Positions 60,901 through 64,000 of a stretch of 64,000 bases of DNA are shown here, one piece after another. Location: positions 394 through 64,393 of the forward strand of contig CALLVX010000028.1 of assembly GCA_938010765.1 (NCBI GenBank), written 5' to 3'. The stretch is from an uncultured Flavobacteriaceae bacterium. Lineage in GTDB: Bacteria > Bacteroidota > Bacteroidia > Flavobacteriales > Flavobacteriaceae. The notes beneath the pieces were generated by a model. The model saw only the letters and a list, made by a program, of their open reading frames with translations. It made no database searches and was not told where the DNA came from. The first letter of the stretch is position 1. Each line of letters opens with the position of its first letter. The position numbers and the translations under genes are program-made.

Positions 60901-61062
60901 GCATGTGGCAGTGGGGCAATTGTGTTCGGAGACGTAAACGATAAGGAAAGTAAAGTAGCAGAATTGGCCGATAGCGACCGTATGTACCATTTGTTGGAGC
61001 ACGTGGGAACCAAGCCAAACGTATTCTACCATGTAAAAGTGAGGAATACCAACGAAGCATAA
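57901..61062 (+). CDS. actB: Alternative complex III ActB (Tat, molybdopterin-oxidoreductase-like plus Fe-S domain)
   Basis: RRDFLK Tat motif, AAC lipid site; CTGCGACVIAC, CQHC..APC..VCP, CVGTRYCANNCPY. Confidence 0.93.
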   Translation: MASNKKYWKNEAELNPNDSIVEALKQNEFVEEIPVDEFLGDKEKLESTNTNRRDFLKYVGFSTAAATVAACEGPVIKSIPYVVQPDRIVPGVANYYATTIANGFDFASVLIKTREGRPIKVENNTDAKVGGCGNARVQASVLGLYDSTRLQGPMMNGEAASWDDLDSAVKSQLGVGKQTVLLTQTYASPSTERLITEFKVKYGNVSHVVYDAISEDAALTAFEARYGERALVDYDFEKAETIVSFGADFLSDWQGGGYDVGYSKGRVPKNGKMSRHIQFEANMSLTGANADKRVPLTPSMQMIALAKLYAKLNGTNVGGELPQAAEMAIDGAIAQIRKNKSGAVVVTGLDDTNAQSVVLAINELLGSKAFDAKAPRYIRQGNNKAVNTLVADMKAGKVGALIMDGVNPAYSLPNASDFAEGIANVGLSVLFSMNYNETAELSEYTAASNHYLESWGDVQIKKGHYSLMQPTIRELFDTRQLQTSLLKWMGSDKSYYDYVKETWSTFVLNGGDWNKALHDGVFVAESGTTMEVVETVTDPVMVITDADKEVEVTGLDELIQEEAPVSVVSIDAAIRSLTNANAGGMELTLYSKVGMGDGQQASNPWLQEFPDPITRVSWDNYITVSKSDAVSKGFVNYNVANGGLDGSYANVTVNGVTVNNVPVIIQPGQANGSVGLSLGYGKKTGMKAEMQTGVNAYPLYQDFKNIQSVTIEKAEGNHEFACIQLHKTLMGRGDIIKETSLEIFNTKNHAEWNVQPVVSLNHQEVPATSVDLWDSFDRSIGHHFNMSIDLNACTGCGACVIACHAENNVPVVGKEEVRKSRDMHWLRIDRYYSSEDTFEQDDIKKDEFDGLWGDKGSLAGFEELEDPSANPQVAFQPVMCQHCNHAPCETVCPVAATSHGRQGQNQMAYNRCVGTRYCANNCPYKVRRFNWFLYNNNDEFDYNMNNDLGKMVINPDVNVRSRGVIEKCSMCIQMTQKTILDAKREGRVIEDGEFQTACSSACGSGAIVFGDVNDKESKVAELADSDRMYHLLEHVGTKPNVFYHVKVRNTNEA

Positions 61063-61100
61063 CAACCAATACAATAAGAAAGTAACTATAATATAAATCT

Positions 61101-62825
61101 ATGGCGTCGCATTACGAAGCACCTATTAGAAGACCCTTAGTAGTAGGAGACAAAGGCTACCACGATGTTACAGTGGATATCGCCGCTCCGGTAGAGGGCA
61201 GGGCCAATAAGCACTGGTGGATTGTTTTTACCATTGCCTTGGTGGCATTTCTATGGGGTATCGGCTGTATCATTTACACCATTTCAACAGGTATCGGAAC
61301 TTGGGGATTGAATAAAACCGTTAACTGGGCTTGGGATATTACCAACTTTGTTTGGTGGGTAGGTATCGGTCATGCAGGAACCTTAATTTCTGCCGTACTG
61401 TTACTATTCCGTCAGAAATGGAGAATGGCGATCAATCGTTCTGCGGAAGCGATGACCATTTTTTCGGTAATTCAAGCGGGACTTTTCCCGATTATTCACA
61501 TGGGGCGTCCTTGGTTAGCGTACTGGGTATTGCCGATTCCAAACCAGTTTGGGTCCTTGTGGGTGAACTTTAACTCACCTTTGCTTTGGGATGTATTTGC
61601 GATATCGACCTATCTATCGGTTTCTTTGGTGTTCTGGTGGACAGGACTGTTACCGGATTTCGCCATGCTGCGGGATCGAGCGATCTTACCTTTTCAGAAG
61701 AAAATATATAGCTTATTGAGTTTTGGATGGAGCGGGCGTGCAAAAGATTGGCAGCGTTTCGAGGAAGTGTCCTTGGTATTGGCCGGTTTGGCAACACCAC
61801 TGGTACTTTCGGTACACACCATTGTATCTTTTGACTTTGCTACTTCCGTGATACCGGGATGGCATACGACCATCTTCCCTCCCTATTTTGTGGCCGGCGC
61901 GATTTTTTCAGGTTTTGCGATGGTAAATACCCTGTTGATCATTATGCGTAAGGTGTGCCATTTAGAGGCGTACATTACTGTGCAACATATTGAGTTGATG
62001 AACATTGTTATTATGTTGACCGGTTCTATTGTAGGTTGTGCTTACATTACTGAACTTTTCATGGCTTGGTATTCAGGTGTTGAATACGAGCAATATGCAT
62101 TCCTGAACAGAGCAACCGGACCTTACTGGTGGGCGTATTGGGCAATGATGAGCTGTAATGTATTCTCGCCGCAGTTTATGTGGTTCAAGAAATTACGAAC
62201 CAGTATTATGTTTTCATTTGCAATTTCGATTGTGGTAAACATCGGGATGTGGTTCGAACGTTTTGTGATCATTGTAACTTCCTTACATAGAGATTACCTT
62301 CCTTCTTCATGGACGATGTTCTCTCCGACCTTCGTTGATATCGGAATCTTTATAGGCACTATAGGGTTCTTCTTTGTGTTATTCTTATTGTATGCAAGAA
62401 CCTTTCCTGTAATCGCGCAGGCGGAAGTGAAATCGATTTTGAAATCTTCGGGAGAGCGTTATAAAAAGCTACGGGATGCAGGCAAACCTTTATATCAAAT
62501 AGATAAGACGGCTAAGGTGCCGGAAACAGTTGCTGAAGCTCCTGCTGCGATTGTTGAAGGTAAAAAAGACGCTTCCAACCTTCTGGCAAGCATTGGTAAG
62601 TTCGATGCAGCTACAGAGACCGCTGATGATTTGAAGAAGGTGAAAGGAATAGGGCCCAAGATGGAGGAGACCTTGAACGAGATCGGTATTTTTACCTTCG
62701 CCCAAGTGAGTCGAATGACCAAAAACGAATACGATATGTTAGATGCAATTACCGAGGCGTTCCCGGGAAGGGCACAACGAGACGATTGGGCGGGTCAGGC
62801 CAAAAAATTAAACGATAAAAAATAA
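61101..62825 (+). CDS. actC: Alternative complex III ActC (NrfD family) with C-terminal HhH-like extension
   Basis: FVWWVGIGHAGTLISA, HMGRPW, WFERFVII; tail ADDLKKVKGIGPK. Confidence 0.93.
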   Translation: MASHYEAPIRRPLVVGDKGYHDVTVDIAAPVEGRANKHWWIVFTIALVAFLWGIGCIIYTISTGIGTWGLNKTVNWAWDITNFVWWVGIGHAGTLISAVLLLFRQKWRMAINRSAEAMTIFSVIQAGLFPIIHMGRPWLAYWVLPIPNQFGSLWVNFNSPLLWDVFAISTYLSVSLVFWWTGLLPDFAMLRDRAILPFQKKIYSLLSFGWSGRAKDWQRFEEVSLVLAGLATPLVLSVHTIVSFDFATSVIPGWHTTIFPPYFVAGAIFSGFAMVNTLLIIMRKVCHLEAYITVQHIELMNIVIMLTGSIVGCAYITELFMAWYSGVEYEQYAFLNRATGPYWWAYWAMMSCNVFSPQFMWFKKLRTSIMFSFAISIVVNIGMWFERFVIIVTSLHRDYLPSSWTMFSPTFVDIGIFIGTIGFFFVLFLLYARTFPVIAQAEVKSILKSSGERYKKLRDAGKPLYQIDKTAKVPETVAEAPAAIVEGKKDASNLLASIGKFDAATETADDLKKVKGIGPKMEETLNEIGIFTFAQVSRMTKNEYDMLDAITEAFPGRAQRDDWAGQAKKLNDKK

Positions 62826-62827
62826 GT

Positions 62828-63361
62828 ATGTCAGCTAGCAAAGTAATACAGGCTTATTACACCGATGACGATGTGTTGATGCACGCGGTCAAAAAAGTGA
62901 AAGCGGCCAAACACCATATTGAAGAAGTGTATTGTCCTTTTCCGGTTCACGGTTTGGACAAGGCAATGGGATTGGCTCCTACGCGAATTGCTATTACCTC
63001 TTTTATGTATGGGTGTGTTGGGTTGGCAGTCGCTATTACCATGATGAATTATATCATGATAGAAGATTGGCCACAAGATATTGGGGGAAAACCAAGTTTC
63101 AGTTACCTAGAGAACATGCCGGCCTTTGTACCGATCATGTTTGAGCTGACCGTCTTTTTTGCGGCGCATTTAATGGTAATTACCTTCTATCTAAGAAGTC
63201 GTTTATGGCCTTTTAAGAAAGCGGAGAATCCAGATGTGCGCACCACAGATGATCATTTTGTAATGGAAATTGAAGTGCACGGAAACGAAAAGGAATTGAA
63301 AGAACTACTGGCCGATACAGGAGCGGTAGAGATAAATATTTCAGAAAAAAACCTTCATTAA
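62828..63361 (+). CDS. actD: Alternative complex III ActD (DUF3341)
   Basis: PFPVHGLD, IGGKP, PIMFELTV. Confidence 0.92.
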   Translation: MSASKVIQAYYTDDDVLMHAVKKVKAAKHHIEEVYCPFPVHGLDKAMGLAPTRIAITSFMYGCVGLAVAITMMNYIMIEDWPQDIGGKPSFSYLENMPAFVPIMFELTVFFAAHLMVITFYLRSRLWPFKKAENPDVRTTDDHFVMEIEVHGNEKELKELLADTGAVEINISEKNLH

Positions 63362-63363
63362 AT

Positions 63364-63924
63364 ATGAACAGTTTTATAAAACTAGGAGTAGTGTTAGGAT
63401 TGGTTGTGTTGGTGGCATCATGTGCCAACAAGAACAGACCCAATTACCAATACATGCCGAATATGTACGAACCAGTGGGGTACGAAACCTATGAGCAGGT
63501 AGATTTTCTCCCCTTTCAGCAAGAGGCGATGCTACCACCTGATAATACGATCTCTAGAGGATGGATGCCCTATGGTTTTGAAAATACGCCAGAGGGAAAA
63601 GAGTTGGCACGTTTAAATCCAAGTCCGCTCGATTCACTTCAAAGAGAGGAGAATTTGGTCGTAGGAGCCAAAATGTACGGAATTTATTGTGCGATTTGTC
63701 ATGGGAACAAGGGCGACGGACAAGGAACTTTGGTAAAAAGAGAAAAAATATTAGGCGTTCCCAGTTATGCGGATGCAGCTCGTAATATTACTGTGGGTAC
63801 TACCTACCATACTATGCAGCATGGGTTGAATTCTATGGGGTCGTACGCATCACAGATGAACAATTATGAAATATGGCAGGTGTCAGAGTACGTGATGAAG
63901 CTCAAACAAGACCTAACAAAATAA
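63364..63924 (+). CDS. actE: Alternative complex III ActE, monoheme lipoprotein cytochrome c
   Basis: Lipobox VASC; YMPNM; CAICH. Confidence 0.92.
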   Translation: MNSFIKLGVVLGLVVLVASCANKNRPNYQYMPNMYEPVGYETYEQVDFLPFQQEAMLPPDNTISRGWMPYGFENTPEGKELARLNPSPLDSLQREENLVVGAKMYGIYCAICHGNKGDGQGTLVKREKILGVPSYADAARNITVGTTYHTMQHGLNSMGSYASQMNNYEIWQVSEYVMKLKQDLTK

Positions 63925-63940
63925 GACATAGAATAACGAT

Positions 63941-64000
63941 ATGTACACGATTTCTAACAGATTAAAAATGGCTTCCATCATTATGATGGCAGTCGGTGCT
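63941..64000 (+). CDS. actF: Alternative complex III ActF, N-terminus (truncated by window edge)
   Basis: MYTISNRLKMASIIMMAVGA directly after actE; call based on operon position. Confidence 0.7.
   Translation, partial: MYTISNRLKMASIIMMAVGA

Overview
64-kb chromosomal window of a marine Flavobacteriaceae-type bacterium (Bacteroidota). The assignment rests on TAnnTTTG promoters, a T9SS sorting-domain protein and an alternative complex III operon. Most of the window is core genome: exbB-hyp-exbD-exbD, a PorT-like gene, a second exbD pair, rpoN, asnS, an MMPL transporter, frr, pyrH, tsf, rpsB, rpsI, rplM, polA, tRNA-Gln, rimP-nusA-infB and actABCDEF. An accessory block of about 15 kb separates tsf from pyrH. 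It holds an M61 peptidase, an ECF sigma/anti-sigma/DUF4097 operon, serine hydrolases, an M60 peptidase, a membrane AraC regulator and several decaying genes. The most notable signals are: (i) two in-frame 31-bp palindromic direct repeats separated by a 38-bp spacer inside a YhcG/DUF1016 nuclease gene; (ii) a ~125-bp three-hairpin element present twice, one copy overlapping the rpsB stop codon; (iii) the same HhH-like domain appended to both ribosomal protein S2 and ActC; (iv) a sigma54-type promoter and structured leader ahead of a duplicated, ExbB-less exbD pair beside rpoN. All calls come from reading the sequence; no searches were run.
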